A stretch of 64,000 bases of DNA from Malacoraja senta (lineage: Eukaryota): positions 1-64,000 of the forward strand of contig JAXLNO010000628.1 in NCBI GenBank assembly GCA_038087875.1, given 5' to 3'. Made by a program: the position numbers and the translations under genes. The notes below the pieces were generated by a model. It ran no database searches. It was given only the letters and a program-made list of their open reading frames with translations, and had not been told where the DNA came from. This document shows positions 38,395 to 51,429 of this stretch, piece by piece; the stretch's first letter is position 1; every line of letters begins with the position of its first letter.

Positions 38395-39097
38395 AGGGCC
38401 TGTCCCACTTACGCGTCCTTGGCTCGCAAATTACGCGATCTCGTGGTCACTTGCGTACGGGAACCGTATGGCCGTGCGGGGCAGGTCCCACTTAGAAGCG
38501 CGGAGGGGTATGGAGTTGTGCGGGTCTGGTCCCAACATCGCGCGGGGTTCCGAAATTCTTACAGTGAACGAAATCTTCGCGCGCCAACGGCCTGTCGCGG
38601 AACTGACGGCCAAAGTGGGACAGGCCCAAGACCCTGGAGCGACGCAACATCTCACCTTCAACAGCAGCAGAAGCAGGCAAACGATCGCCGAACTCGGCCT
38701 GGGGCTCACGGCCGTTGCGGTCTGGATCCACCCCCACTTCTACTCCCAGAGCGGGGCCAAGAAAATTGAAGATAAACACAAAATGCTGGAGTAACTCAGC
38801 GGGACCGGCAGCAACTCTGGAGAGAAGCAATGGGTGACGTTTCGGGTCAAGACCCTTCTTTTCAGACAGAAGAAGAGTCTCGACATGAAACGTCACCCAT
38901 TGCTTCTCTCCAGAGATGCTGCCGGTCCCGCTGAGTTACTCCTGCATTTTGTGTCCATCTTCAAATGACGTCACGCGCTCCAGACGGCAGTGAGTACGCA
39001 TGTAATCGCGCCCGACCTTCGCTCGACCGTCTCGGCTCAACGCGACCACGATGTCGCTTAATTTGCATGCCAAGAACACGTAAGTGGGACAGGCCCT
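38395..39097. mobile_element. PIF/Harbinger-like MITE, TTA TSD
   Basis: TIR AGGGCCTGTCCCACTTACG / CGTAAGTGGGACAGGCCCT; TTA at 38392-38394 and 39098-39100. Confidence 0.85.
38766..38964. mobile_element. Palindromic Penelope-terminus dimer inside the MITE
   Basis: ~95-bp inverted arms meeting at TTCAGACAGAAGAAG. Confidence 0.9.
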
Positions 39098-39118
39098 TTA
39101 ATTGGAGAGCTTAATAAA

Positions 39119-39407
39119 GGGTAGCACAGTGGCGCAGCTGTGGAGTTGCTGCCTTGCAGCACCAGAGTCCTGTATTGAATCCTGACTACATGTGCTGTCT
39201 GTATGAAGTTTGCATGTTCTCCCTGTGACCGCATGGGTTTTCTCTGGGTGCCCCGGTTTCCAGCCACATACCAAAGACGTGCAGAATTGTTGGTTAATTG
39301 GCTTCTGTAAATTGTCCCTAGTGTGTAGGATAGTGTGTATGGGTGATCGCTGGTTGGCATGGACTCCGTGGGCTGAAGGGTCCATTTCCACGCTGTATCT
39401 CTAAACA
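39119..39407 (+). mobile_element. HE1-type V-SINE
   Basis: Consensus match. Confidence 0.85.
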
Positions 39408-39480
39408 CTTAAAAAAAACCAGAAACAAGCTACTAGGCAGTGGAACATCCAAGGACAGTGGTAAGGAAAGGGAGTTACAG

Positions 39481-39716
39481 CAAGGGTTCCCAACCTGGGG
39501 TACATTTACCCCAGGGGGTAAATTTCACCTACCCAGGGATTTCCCTAATCCAGAATTCTGGATTTGTACATATTTTTTCTCATTGACTAACTGTGTTTGG
39601 TTCTGGTATACCGGTATCTGTTCATCATTAGTTGTTCATAAATAACTGAAATAACATTGTTATGTGCTATTAAAGTTGCCAGTGGTAAATGGGATGAAAA
39701 AGGTTGTGAACCCCTG
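39481..39716. mobile_element. hAT/Charlie-like MITE
   Basis: CAAGGGTTCCCAACCT ... AGGTTGTGAACCCCTG; flanks AGTTACAG / GCCTACAG as a decayed 8-bp TSD. Confidence 0.7.
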
Positions 39717-40084
39717 GCCTACAGATTATGAGACAGAAGAAATTAAGGTGCTGACAATAATGCAAGAAAAGCCTTCGTTGGAGTGAGTTGCACCAAATGA
39801 GTGAATCTTATTCTTTCATTGCAGGTACATTGCAACCACAATATCGTTTATCCCATATTTTTAGTAATGCTTGGTAATCCAAGCAGTTAGGAGCATGGGC
39901 AACAGTAAGCAGAAAATCACATCTACATTTGGTTTTTATATTTCTCTCCAAACACAGCTTTGTAATTAAAGCACTCCAGAAACAGTGATCTCCTACATTG
40001 GCAGGTGCCATCCTCACAGGAAGCACACCGAAGTATCAATTTTAGTTTGGTGTGTGTATTTTAGATTGCTTCATTCAGATTCAG

Positions 40085-40475
40085 CCAGTATCATTGCTGC
40101 CTGGAATGGGACTATCATAGGGTTCAGGGCACAGTTATTCCAGGCTGGCACTTCACTACAGTGTGGAGGGGGGTAAGGAATTAACAGCATTGACTTTTGG
40201 ATGAGGTTTCAATCGGAAGCCTCATCCATCTTCTCAGGCAGATGGATAAGATCCAATTACACAATTTAAAGAAATGAGCAAGTAACTTTTTGCACTCTCC
40301 TGGCCAAAATTAATTCTGCAAACAAAATACGAAAGCAAATGAACTGATCATTTACCGTAGTGATTGTTGTCTCCAGCAACTTGCTGAATGTAAATCAGCT
40401 GGTGTATTTGTGTAAATAATTACAGTTATTGCAACTCAAAAGACAATTCTGTGGCTTTGATATCACGAGGGCACA
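40085..40475 (+). mobile_element. Ancient DeuSINE (SacSINE1/AmnSINE1-like Deu domain)
   Basis: TTTTGGATGAG...CTCAGG...AAGATCC...TCCTGGCCAA...CTTGCTG...CAAAAG are colinear with the recalled Deu consensus. Confidence 0.6.
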
Positions 40476-41827
40476 CAAAATGTCCACAGGGCTGGCAATT
40501 TAATTAAGTAATTCCAAAATTCACGAATGGTTTGAAAACAGCTAAAATAATCATTTTTAATTGCCGTACATCTCTAGATATTTTTTCACAGAAATAAACT
40601 AATTGCAAGTTGTTTCTAAACACATTTCAAAATTAAAGCTTGCTTTAAAGGGTTAGTATCTTAGGAAAAGCATGTGTTTAGATGCAAATTGAAGATAGAT
40701 TAAACATGTCGCCAAAAGCAAAAATTACCAGTTGCTTAAAATTTGACAGAAACAGCTGCTTTCTTCTGTTCAACCTTTTGTTTCTTTTTAAATGCTGTTA
40801 ATTTGCAATTATGTTCTTTGTTTCTTTAATGCTTTAATCTACTATTTAATGGGGGAGATTTTCCAGCCTGTGAGAGTGTGAAAAATTGACCCGTTTATTT
40901 CCATCACTAATGCTGCCTGACTTGCTGAATATTTGAAACATTTCAAATAAAGCCGGCTCAGGCAGCAGAGATTTATTAAAACTCTTTCCAGCAAACATTC
41001 AAACCTTTGGGATTTAAATGTCCCTTCCTTCTGACCTTTTCACAAAGGTAATTGCAATACAGCTCTACGTCCAAACTGATTTCTTTGTCATCACCTGCCG
41101 AAAGAATCCAGTGATAAACACCCCTTAGTTGGGATGCCTCTCTGATTTGAGGCATTCCTGATTATTTGATCGTGTGGCTCTCAATCCGATAACATCGCAT
41201 ATTTTGCAAGCTGTACCAAACACTGTAGCTAATACTGTTTGCAGATGGCATGTGACAATGACAAATTACAAATAAAGTAGTTAAGTGAGATGAGCAAGAT
41301 AACAAATCAAATAAATATTCAAAAATCTATAAAGATTTCAGAAAAAATACCATTTATAAATAAATCTCTATTTCTGTTCATGTACTTGCCCCTCAGCAAC
41401 ATCATTTGAAAGGAACATTAGCAGTCTCCATGTGTACACTGAACGTCAAGAGCAGAGTTCAATGCATAGCTAGTGTTCAAATGCTGATGGCCTTAGCAAG
41501 AATTTCCTCAATATTTATTTGGTTACAGTCACAAATAGAGTTCCCTAGACATTCCTTAGAGTTCCCTAGACATATCCCTTCACTGACAACAATGGAACAA
41601 ACTGTTTGCAAACTTGATTTTATGTTTGAGCGGCAAAACAAAGTTTGCATTGCATATTCCGGCAATCTGTTTGTACACCATTTAGCTTCATCTCTGAAAC
41701 AGTGCCCAACTTAACCCGAGGCTCGCCTTATGTCACCTTTACCGTCATCGATATTTGGTTGCCTCCAGATTCCATCACAAAGTTGTTGGCCTCTCATGTT
41801 ATCCTCATGTCAAAAATCTGCACGTCA

Positions 41828-42037
41828 CAGTGTATGGAATGAGCTGCCAGAGGAGGTAGTTGAGGCTGGGACTATCCCAACATTTAAGAAACAGTTAGAC
41901 AATTACATGGATAGGACAGGTTTGGAGGGATATGGACCAAATGCGGCAGGTGGGACTAGCGTAGCTAGGACGTTGGCCAGTGTGGGCAAGCTGAGCTGAA
42001 AGGCCTGTTTCCACATTGTATCACTCTATGACTCTAT
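41828..42037 (+). mobile_element. HER1/CR1 3' end
   Basis: Matches 18340-18500; (CTATGACT) tail. Confidence 0.85.
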
Positions 42038-42104
42038 GAGTAAATAAGACTATCTGCAAGCGCTGTAAGACAGCAACTCTATCACTGCGCCACTATGCTA
42101 TCTA

Positions 42105-42500
42105 CATTTAGATGTTCCAGAGGTGAGTTTAAGGCCACAGACATTGTGTCTGCTGTAGACCTATTACAATGGGGGTAAGCAAATTGCAGTGGATCACGGC
42201 TGGCTGGGAGGCTGGAGTTAATTTGCACCATCAGCAGTCTTTCTAAGCATTTCATGATGGTGGATATCAGTGCCACTGGATAGTTGTCATTAAGGCACGA
42301 TACCTTATCTTTCTTTAGCACCAGGATGACGGAGGTCTTCTTGAAGCAGATGAGAAATTAAAGATGTCTATGAATGCCTCTTCCAGATGATCCACACAGG
42401 ACCTGAGGAAGCAGCTAGAGACTCCATCCAGGCCAGTTGCTCTCCACGGATTCACTCTCAGGAAGGCAGATCTTACATCTGCCACAGTAACAGTTAGTAC
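42105..42500 (-). mobile_element. Rex1/Babar RT fragment
   Basis: CLNDNYPVAL...MKCLERL...DPLQFAY. Confidence 0.85.
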
Positions 42501-42674
42501 AGTCCCCCAGCCCCGACGTCGGACTTACATCACCCCGGCGAGCGGGCCTGAATATCAGGTCGCCCGTAGCGGGAACTGCGGAGGACTGAGACAGGTGGGC
42601 CGGTGATGTTCCACCACCAAACTTCTGTTCAAAGCGGGTGCAGAATGCAATGAGCTCATCAGGAAAGGACCCAT

Positions 42675-43308
42675 CTGAATTCTTCTGAAACGTGTATCAG
42701 AAGAATTTACTCAATTATGGGCTAATAATGGGAAAAAAGCTTATACTTAAATTCTGGAAAAATGCGCCCACACCAACAATAAAAATGTGGACATCAAATA
42801 TGTTGGAAACATTACATCTGGAAGAGATGAGATTCCTCCTAGTAGGCAAAGTAGACCAATTTCAAAAGACGTGGTCTACGTTTTTGGACCTATTACAAGC
42901 ATGAGGTGCAATAGTAATTTAGAAAAACAAATAAATAAATAAAAGGTATCTGGACCTGGTAATGGGAGGTAAAATAAAAACAGACTTGGTTGGTAGTTCC
43001 TTCTCTATGAAGTATGTTATAAGAGTTATAATAGAGCGATTGTTCCTTCTTTCTTTCTCTTTCTTTTCTAGGGTCTATTTTCTAACTTTACTTCCTTCTC
43101 TAACTTCTTTTCTAAGGGGCTTTCTTTTCCCAACACTCTTTTGCACTTCACAACCTTTGCGCACTTTCTTCACTTTTCTTACTTCTTTCTTTTTCTTTCT
43201 TAAAGTTTAAAAAAGTGAAGCGGTACAAAAAATGTATTAATATATACGTGTTGTACATTACTGTAATCTACCGTACTTCTATTAAAAAAATTATTAAAAA
43301 AAAAAAAA
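42675..43308 (+). mobile_element. L1/Tx1-type 3' fragment with poly(A) and 14-bp TSD
   Basis: KKLILKFWK...W...F.KTW ORF2 C-terminus; AGGAAAGGACCCAT at 42661-42674 and 43309-43322. Confidence 0.88.
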
Positions 43309-43593
43309 AGGAAAGGACCCATTGTTGCCAGCAATACTTGCTGCCTTTACTTAATCGTCCATTATAGTGTGCAAGCCTTGCCACAATCGGAGGGTATCTA
43401 TGTCAACACCTCAAGCAGCATCCTGAATGCTGTTGGCCACTATTTCAGATATCTGCAAAAGCACAGCAGAAAACTGAGAAGCAAATTGACAGCCTGTGCG
43501 AAATATGCAGTGATTATGAAATCAGCAGTGGAATTCCATTGTTCAGTGCACATAATAATTAGAAATATTTGTGCTATTAGAAATATTTATTCT

Positions 43594-43720
43594 AGTCTGA
43601 AGAGTGTCAACCTGAAATGTCAACTATCCATTTTCTCCAGAGATGCTGCCTGTCTAGCTGAGTTAATCCAGCACTTTGTGTCTATCTTTGGTATAAACCG
43701 GCATCTGCAGTTCCTTGTTA
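43594..43720 (+). mobile_element. Penelope-terminus short element, degenerate core
   Basis: AGTCTGAAGAG...TGAAATGTC followed by the family body. Confidence 0.8.
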
Positions 43721-44399
43721 TGAAATATTAGAAAATTGTTGCATTTTTATCTCCCATTGCTCATGTTTCTTCTGCCAACTCCGAGCCAGGTTATAGTTTT
43801 CAGTTATCGACATTTATTCCAGAATGCCTGTTGATCAAGAGATTGTAGCATCCTAAATAACTCATCCGCTCTTGATGATAGTAAGTGGACACTTGGAAGT
43901 GTCTACAGTGTAATTTGCCTCCAACATTGTTCCACTGCTGCTACTACAGAACATGCACACATTAGAACCATTAGCGTTAATTCCAAATCAGCTGATTCAG
44001 AAAGAACTATGATGTCCCCATCAAGCCTCCAGAAGCAACTGAACAGTAAAAGTAGATGAACGTTTAAATAACACCAAGGTTCTAAGCAATAATTAGTTTA
44101 CTCCCAAAGAACAAGTCAGGGGTACGGGTATGGCATTAGGCCAAGTGCCAGGCAGCAAAATGCCCTGTGACCTGCTTGATAAATGTAGTTAAATTAAATG
44201 GCAGCTGGCAACTTTACAATCCTTCAGGAAGCAGTTTCTAGCTCAAAGCTCATTAGTTAATACTGACACAGCTAAACAACCTCAAGAGCCCACCTGAGCA
44301 GGTGTCCAGTACCTGAGGGATCCAGAGAATTGCTCCCTTTATGTATTCAAGTGTCAGATCAGGAGAGGAGCACCAAGCTCGAGAGAAAGTTGCTGAGAG

Positions 44400-46302
44400 A
44401 CATAGAATTTTGGAGGCATACAGCGTGGAAACAGGCCCTTCGGCCCAACTTACCCACACCGACAAACATTTCCGGTCTACATAGAATCATGTCCCATCTA
44501 CACTCGTCCCATATGGGCGTTTGGCCCGTATCCCTCAAAACATATCCAATCCATGTACCTGTCCAAATGTTTTTAAAAATATATGATAATACTGGCCTCA
44601 ACTACTTCCTCTGTCACTTATTTCCATATACCCACCACACAATAATAATAATAATAATAATTAATTTTATTTATGGGCGCCTTATACCGAGGTCTCAAGG
44701 ACACCTTACAGAGATTTATAGGAAACATATAATCAGAATTAAAAAAAAAAGAAGTTATAAAGACCAATACACAAATCAGGGACAGAATTCCTTCCAAAAA
44801 CACAAAAAATAAAATCAGAAGCACAATAGACAATAGGCAATAGACAATAGATGCAGGAGTAGGCCATTCGGCCCTTCGAGCCAGCATTGCCATTCAATGT
44901 GATCATGGCTGATCATCCCCAATCAGTACCCCATTCCTGCCTTCTCCCCATATCGCCTGACTCCGCTATTTTAAGAGCCCTATCTAGCTCTCTCTTCAAA
45001 GCATCCAGAGAACCTGCCTCCACCGCCCTCTGAGGCAGAGAATTCCACAGACTCACCACTCTCTGTGAGAAAAAGTGTTTCCTCGTCTCCGTTCTAAATG
45101 GCTTACTCCTTATTCTTAAACTGTGGCCCCTGGTTCTGGACTCCCCCAACATCGAGAACATGTTTCCTGCCTCTACCATGTCCAAGCCCTTAACAATCTT
45201 ATATGTTTCAATGAGATACCCTCTCATCCTTCTAAACTCCAGAGTGTACAAGCCCAGCTGCTCCATTCTCTCAGCATATGACAGTCCCGCCATCCCGGGA
45301 ATTAACTTTGTAAACCTACGCTGCACTCCCTCAATAGCAAGAATGTCCTTCCTTAAATTAGGGGACTAAAACTGCACACAATACTCCAGGTGTGGTCTCA
45401 CTAGGGATCTGTACAACTGCAGAAGGACCTCTTTGCTCCTATATTCGATTCATCTGGCCGGTGAGGCAGCTTTTTCTCCGGGCTGCCCCGTCGACCCATC
45501 CTTGCGGCCTACCATCGGGCCTGGAGCGGCGTTTCCTGGTGGGGACTGCCCAGCACCTTCAGCTTCGGTGGTGACACAGCGCTGGAGCGCTATCGCGGTG
45601 CGGAGCGGGCGATGCCTTGCCTAGGTCGCCGCGCTGGATCGACGCGTTGGAGCTCCGGTGAGCTGTGACCGCCGAGCTCAACACCTCCTGGCTGCGGGAC
45701 TGCGGAGCGGCCAGCTGCGGGCGGCGGCGCCGACTCTAACATCGGGAGCCTCGGAGCTCCAAATCTGCACGGCCTTGTCGGCTTCAGGTGCCACGGACTC
45801 CGGTAGGAAATCGGCCGTTCCAGCCGTCCCAGCTGCTGCGAGGACTCTCCCGACGCCGGGGCAACTGCACCCGGCGAGAACGGCCAGGAACATCGGGCCT
45901 CCGTAGAGGCAACTGTGGAGGCCTCAATAGGCCTGACTTTGGGAGAACTGGGTTTGGGGACTGGACATTGTGCCTTCCCGCACAGTGGTAATCATTGTGG
46001 GGGGATGATTTTGTGTGTAATGTGTAGTGTCTATGTTAGTCTGTGTCCAAGATGGTGGTCGGAAGGGAGAGTGGACGCTGGCGCAGTTTGGCTGCCGCTG
46101 CTCTCTCTTCACATTGTGTTTCTGAATTTTTTTTGTTTTATTTTTTATTTTTTTTTAATTTATTTTTTTGGGATCGAATTTCTGTCTTTAATTTGTGTAT
46201 TGGTGATGTCTTTATAACTTATTTTACTCTGATTATATGTTTCTTTGTTACATTTTGTAAGGTGTCCTTGAGACTTTTGTATAGGCGCCCATAAATAAAA
46301 TC

Positions 46303-46392
<90 letters not shown>

Positions 46393-46980
46393 CTTGTTAT
46401 AAAGGCCAACATGCCATTCGCTTTCTTCACTGCCTGCTGTACCTGCATGCTTACTTTCATAGACTGATGTACAAGGACCCCTAGATGCCGTAGTACCTCC
46501 CCTTTTCCCAACTTGACGCCATTTAGATAGTAATCTGCCTTCCTGTTTTTGCTATCAAAGTGGATAACCTCACATTTATCCGAATTAAATTTCATCTGCC
46601 ATGCATCTGCCCACTCCCCCAACCTGTCCAAGTCACCCTGCATTCTCATAGCATCTTCCTCACAGTTCACACTGCCACCCAGCTTTATGTCATCTGCACA
46701 CAATTTGTGTAAAATAGTTGCCCCTCAGGTTCTTATTAAATCTTTCCCCTCTCACATTAACTCTATGTCCTCTGGTATTTGATTCTCCCACTCTGGGAAA
46801 AAGACAGTGCAGTTACCTTATCTATTCCTCTCAGGATCTTACACACCTCCATAAGATCATCCACCTCATCCTGCTGCACTCTAAGGAATAAAGTACCAAC
46901 CTGCTCCACCTCTCCCTATAGCTCAGGCCCTTGTGTCCTGGCAACATCCTCGTAAATCTTCTCTGCACCCTTGCCAGCTT
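44400..46980 (-). mobile_element. Multi-layer nest: HER1 3' end > L2-tailed short element (44641-44826) + CR1 (44826-46700) > GC-rich element and L2-tailed element (45449-46392, + strand)
   Basis: Host halves rejoin across the inserts; CR1 motifs in ORFs 44913..45326 and 46389..46703; L2-like tail AAGGTGTCCTTGAG...GGCGCCCATAAATAAAA(TTA)n. Confidence 0.8.
46304..46392. repeat. (TTA)n microsatellite (retroposon tail)
   Basis: About 29 perfect units. Confidence 0.95.
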
Positions 46981-47569
46981 AGTTGGAGAAATTGACTTTT
47001 GGATGATCTGTTAATCTAAGGCTTATGTGCTCCATTAAATGACTGTAAGAATTCTAACTTTACCCTTTGAGCAAGCAAAGCGACTTGCATCTCAGGCCAC
47101 CCATTATCCCATAAATAGAATGACTGTAACACCCGATCCACCCTTGCATCTCACGTACCATTTGTGGAACCTAACTTTGTATGCAATTGCTGATCCTTTC
47201 CACGTTAGTATAATAAATAGGCTATGAATGTGAAAGATGCTGTGTTCTTATTTCACTTGATGTACATTTATCATTTATACATTTTCAACTGATTCCTTAC
47301 TGATTTCATTGATTACTGTAGAATCATAGACAAGGAAAATATCACATCTGCAGCCTTCAATCAAATTCATGTTGTTCCTTTTCATGTTTTAACATTTGAT
47401 CCCAGATTCATTAATTTCAGGGAATGTGTCGAGTGATTTTTCTATCTGTGTTCTTTAGAGATTTATTCAGTAAGACCTCATGTTATATCTGTGAGGGATG
47501 TCAGTACAGGGAAATTCATTTTACTGTGCTCTTCATGTGTTGCTGACACTGAGCAGAGCAAAAATAATA

Positions 47570-47871
47570 GGGGCCGCACAGTGGTGCAGTGGCAGATTTA
47601 CTGCCTTACAATGTCAGAAATGCTGGTTCGATCCTGACTATGGGTGCTATCTGGACATAGTTTATAGATTTTCCCTGTGACCACATGGGTTTAGTCTGGA
47701 TGCTCCAGTTTCCTCCCACACTACAATGACGTGGGTTTTTAGGTTAGATGGCTTTGGTAAAAAATTGTAAATTGTCCCTAGTGTGTAGGATGGTGTTAGT
47801 GTAGGGGTGATCGCTGGTCGGTGCAGATTTGGTGGGCTGTTTCGTGCTGTATCGCTCGTCTAAAGCCTAAA
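47570..47871 (+). mobile_element. HE1-type V-SINE
   Basis: Consensus match. Confidence 0.85.
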
Positions 47872-47907
47872 TAATTTGCCACAGGGTTTTATGCTGCATT
47901 TACTGTT

Positions 47908-50030
47908 CATAAGGTCATAAGGTCATAAGATCATAGGGATAGGAGTAGAATTAGGCCATTCTATCTGGCTGATCTATCTCTCCCTCCTAACCCCATTCTC
48001 CTGTCTTCTCCCCATAACCTCTGATACCTGTACTAATCAAGAATATATCTATCTCTACCTTCTGTGGCAAAGAATTCCACAGATCACCCTCTGAGTAAAG
48101 ACATTTCTCCTCATCTCCTTCCTGAAAGAACGTTCTTTAATTCTGAGGCTATGACTTCTAGTCCCAGACTCTCCCACAAGTGGAAACATCCTCTCCACAT
48201 CCACTCTACCCAAGACTTTCACTATTCTGTATGTTTCAAAGAGGTCCCCCCTCATTCTTCTAAACTCCAGCGAGTACAGGCCCAGTGCCAGCAAACGCTC
48301 ATCATTGGTTAACCTACTAATTGCTGGAATCATTCTTGTAAACCTCCTCTGGACCCCGCTCCAGAGCCAGCACATCCTTCCTCAGATATGGTGCCCAAAA
48401 TTGCTCACAATATTCCAAATGTGGCCTTATCAGCGCCTTATAGAGCCTCAGCATTACATCCTATTTTTGTATACAAGCCCTCTTGAAAGAAATGCTAGCA
48501 TTGAGTTTGCTTTCTTTACTACCGACTCTTGTTTATCATCTACATTAATGATTTGTAGTAATTAATGTAGCTGGCAGAAGATGGTGGTATAGTGTACAGG
48601 GTGTGGACAGTAAGATTAAAAATGGATCTGGATCAACCAAGGCAGAATGAATTTAACTCTGACAAGTGTGGTGACACATTTTGGTCAATCAGGGCAGGAC
48701 TTACACAGTAAATGGTATGGCCCTGGAGACTGCTGTAGAGCAGATAGATAGGTAGGTGCAGATGCTCAGTGAAATTGGTGACATACGTAGACAGAGTGGT
48801 GAAGAATGTGTTTGGAAGGCTTGCTATCATCGGCAAGGGTACCGAAACAGGAGTTGTGATGTATGGTATAGCTGTACAAGACATTAGTGAGACCACAGTT
48901 GGATCTTGTGTACATTTCTGGTTGTCCAGCTATAGGAAGGATGTCATTAAAGTAGAAAGGGTGCAGAAAATTTTCACCAGGATGTTAACAGGACAAGGGC
49001 TTAAGTTACAAGGAGAGGCTGAATAGGCTGGGACTGTTTATCCTGGACTGGAGAAGGTTGATGACTGAACTCATGGAAGCATATAAAATCATGATGAATG
49101 GAGATATACTGACTGTTTCATGCACTTTCTGCTTTTATTTTAGATTTCCAGCATCTGCCTTTCTTTGATCGTCTTATGCTATACCATTCAATATTGAGTT
49201 GAATCCAAGTGGCGAGGAAGGTTCTAATTAATCAGAATTGTTTGTTTTTTGATAGAACATAGAACAGTACAGAAAAAAATGCCCATAATGTCTGTGCCGA
49301 ACATAATGCCAAGATAAACTAATCTCATTTGCCACCACATGATTAATATCTGTCCATTGCCTGCATATCCATGTGTCCATGTAAAAATCTCTTAAATGGC
49401 ATTATTGTATCTGCCCCCACCAGCTCTGGCAGTGTGTTCCAGGCACCTACCACCCTCTGTATTTAAAAAAAATTGCCCCTTAAATCTCCTTTAAACCTTT
49501 TCACCTTAAAGCTATCTATATCCTCCAATCTTTGGTATTTCCACTATGGGAAAAAGGTTCTGACTATCTGCCCCATCTGTGTCTCTCACCATTTTATATA
49601 CTTCTATTAGGTCTCTCCACAATATCTGGCATTCCAGAGAAAACAATCCAAATTTGTCCAACCTCTCCTTATGATCCAGATGTCATTCTGGTAAACCTCT
49701 TCTGCACCCTCTCCATAGTCACCTCATCTTCCTGTCATGGGGTGATCATAAGTGTGTACAATATTCCAAATGCGGCCTAACCAAACTCCTACAAAAATGA
49801 AGCATGACTTCCTGATTCTAATACTCAATGCTGCACCTCTGAACACAAGCATATCACAGAATTCTTTACCTCCCTATCTACTTGTATTACCACTTTCAGG
49901 GAGTTATGGACTTGGACCCCAAGATCACTCAGCACATCAGTCTGTTAAGGGTCTTGCCATTAATTGTATACGTTTTCTTCACATTCAACCTCCCAACATG
50001 CAACACCTCACACCTGCTCAGATCACACCT
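47908..50030. mobile_element. Three CR1 fragments: 47908-48530(-), 48570-49100(+), 49253-50030(-)
   Basis: [20 protein letters not shown] and ERVQKIFTRM remnants. Confidence 0.8.
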
Positions 50031-50118
50031 GACCTTAATTCGAAGATTATGGCAATCAATCATTTTGATCAATGTTTAATTCATCATTTTATGGTGTTAA
50101 GTCTGAAATATCCACATT

Positions 50119-50327
50119 GAAGATAGACTTAAAAAGCTGGAGTAACTCAGCAGGACAGACAGCATTTCTGGAGACAAGAAATGGGTGACGTTTCGGGTTG
50201 AAACCCTTCTTGACCCGAAATGTCACCCATTCCTTCTCTTCAAAGATGCTGCCTTTCCCGCTGCGTTACTCCAGCTTTTTGCGTCTATCTTCGGTTTAAA
50301 CGAGCATCTGCAGTTCCTTCCTGCACA
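50119..50327. mobile_element. Palindromic Penelope-terminus dimer
   Basis: Arms fused inside the core (AACCCTTCTT|GACCCGAAATGTC); imperfect TCCACAYTGA flanks. Confidence 0.88.
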
Positions 50328-50410
50328 TGTCCACACTGATGCATGTTTTTAATCACAGGATAGAATACAACTTTATTAACTAATATTCATGAAATCAGCT
50401 GATAGGACTT

Positions 50411-51429
50411 TTTTAAAATATTTTTTTTAAAAATATTTTTATTAGAAGCCGTGTACAGTAATATAAACCGTGGCATATGACAAAATACATTTATTGTACA
50501 TCTTCCATTTTAAATTTAACAAAAAAGAAATAGAACAAGAGAGAAAGAGCGAGAAAGAGAGAAAATGAAAGAAATAGTGAATGTGTAAACCCCTAAACTA
50601 CCAAACAGTGCAGTCCAGGAGTGAATAAGTAAAAGCCTAAGAAAGAATAAGAAGACAAAAATGAAGAATAATAAAGAAGGAAAAAAAAGTGTTGATATAC
50701 CTGCTTCATTTCTCACCACACCCATCACCCTGTCCGTGAATCTTTAAAAATTGCTCTGATTTTCCTGCTAAGACGAGTCTCATATCTTCAAGATGTAGCA
50801 TCTCAGACATGCTTGTAATCCACATTTTGAGAGTTGGGGTAGAAGCATTTTTCCAAAATTTAAGTATATGTTCTTTTGCCATTATCAGGCCATAATTAAG
50901 GAAACGTCTTTGAAATATTGATAGCTCAGCGCAGACTCCTGTTATTTCAAAAATAATCAATTCTGTGTGCGGGTCCAGTTTTGTTTTTAATAATTTTGAG
51001 AAGATTTCAAAGATTCCTTTCCAAAATTTATGAAGTTTTATACAAGAGGCAAAGGAGTGTGTTATAGTTGCTTCTTGAGATAAGCATTTGTCGCAGATGG
51101 GAGATACATTTGGAAAAATTTTGTTCAGTTTAGTTTTTGAGTAATATAGTCTATGTAGTATTTTAAATTGGATTAGAATATGTCTTACATTAATCGAACA
51201 ATTATGTATATATAAAAGATATTTTTCCCATCTGTCTTTGGGAACTTTTAAGCTTAATTCCTGTTCCCACTCTTCTAATTACATCTGACGATGGAGTTTC
51301 TATATTTAAAAGGATATTGTACAAGTATGATATTAAATTATATGACTGCGTTTCTATTAATTCCTTCATCTAATATATCTGGCAACAGAGTTTGGTATTC
51401 GTGGGTATATGTTTTCAAATAATCTCTAT
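50411..51429 (-). mobile_element. L1/Tx1-type 3' fragment with CCHC zinc finger and 11-bp TSD
   Basis: Minus strand SPICDKCLSQEATITHSFASC...FW; TGATAGGACTT at 50400-50410 and 51430-51440. Confidence 0.88.

Noticed and set aside
43371..43386. 16-bp exact match to 61407-61422
   Set aside because: About one such match is expected by chance in 64 kb, and it does not extend.
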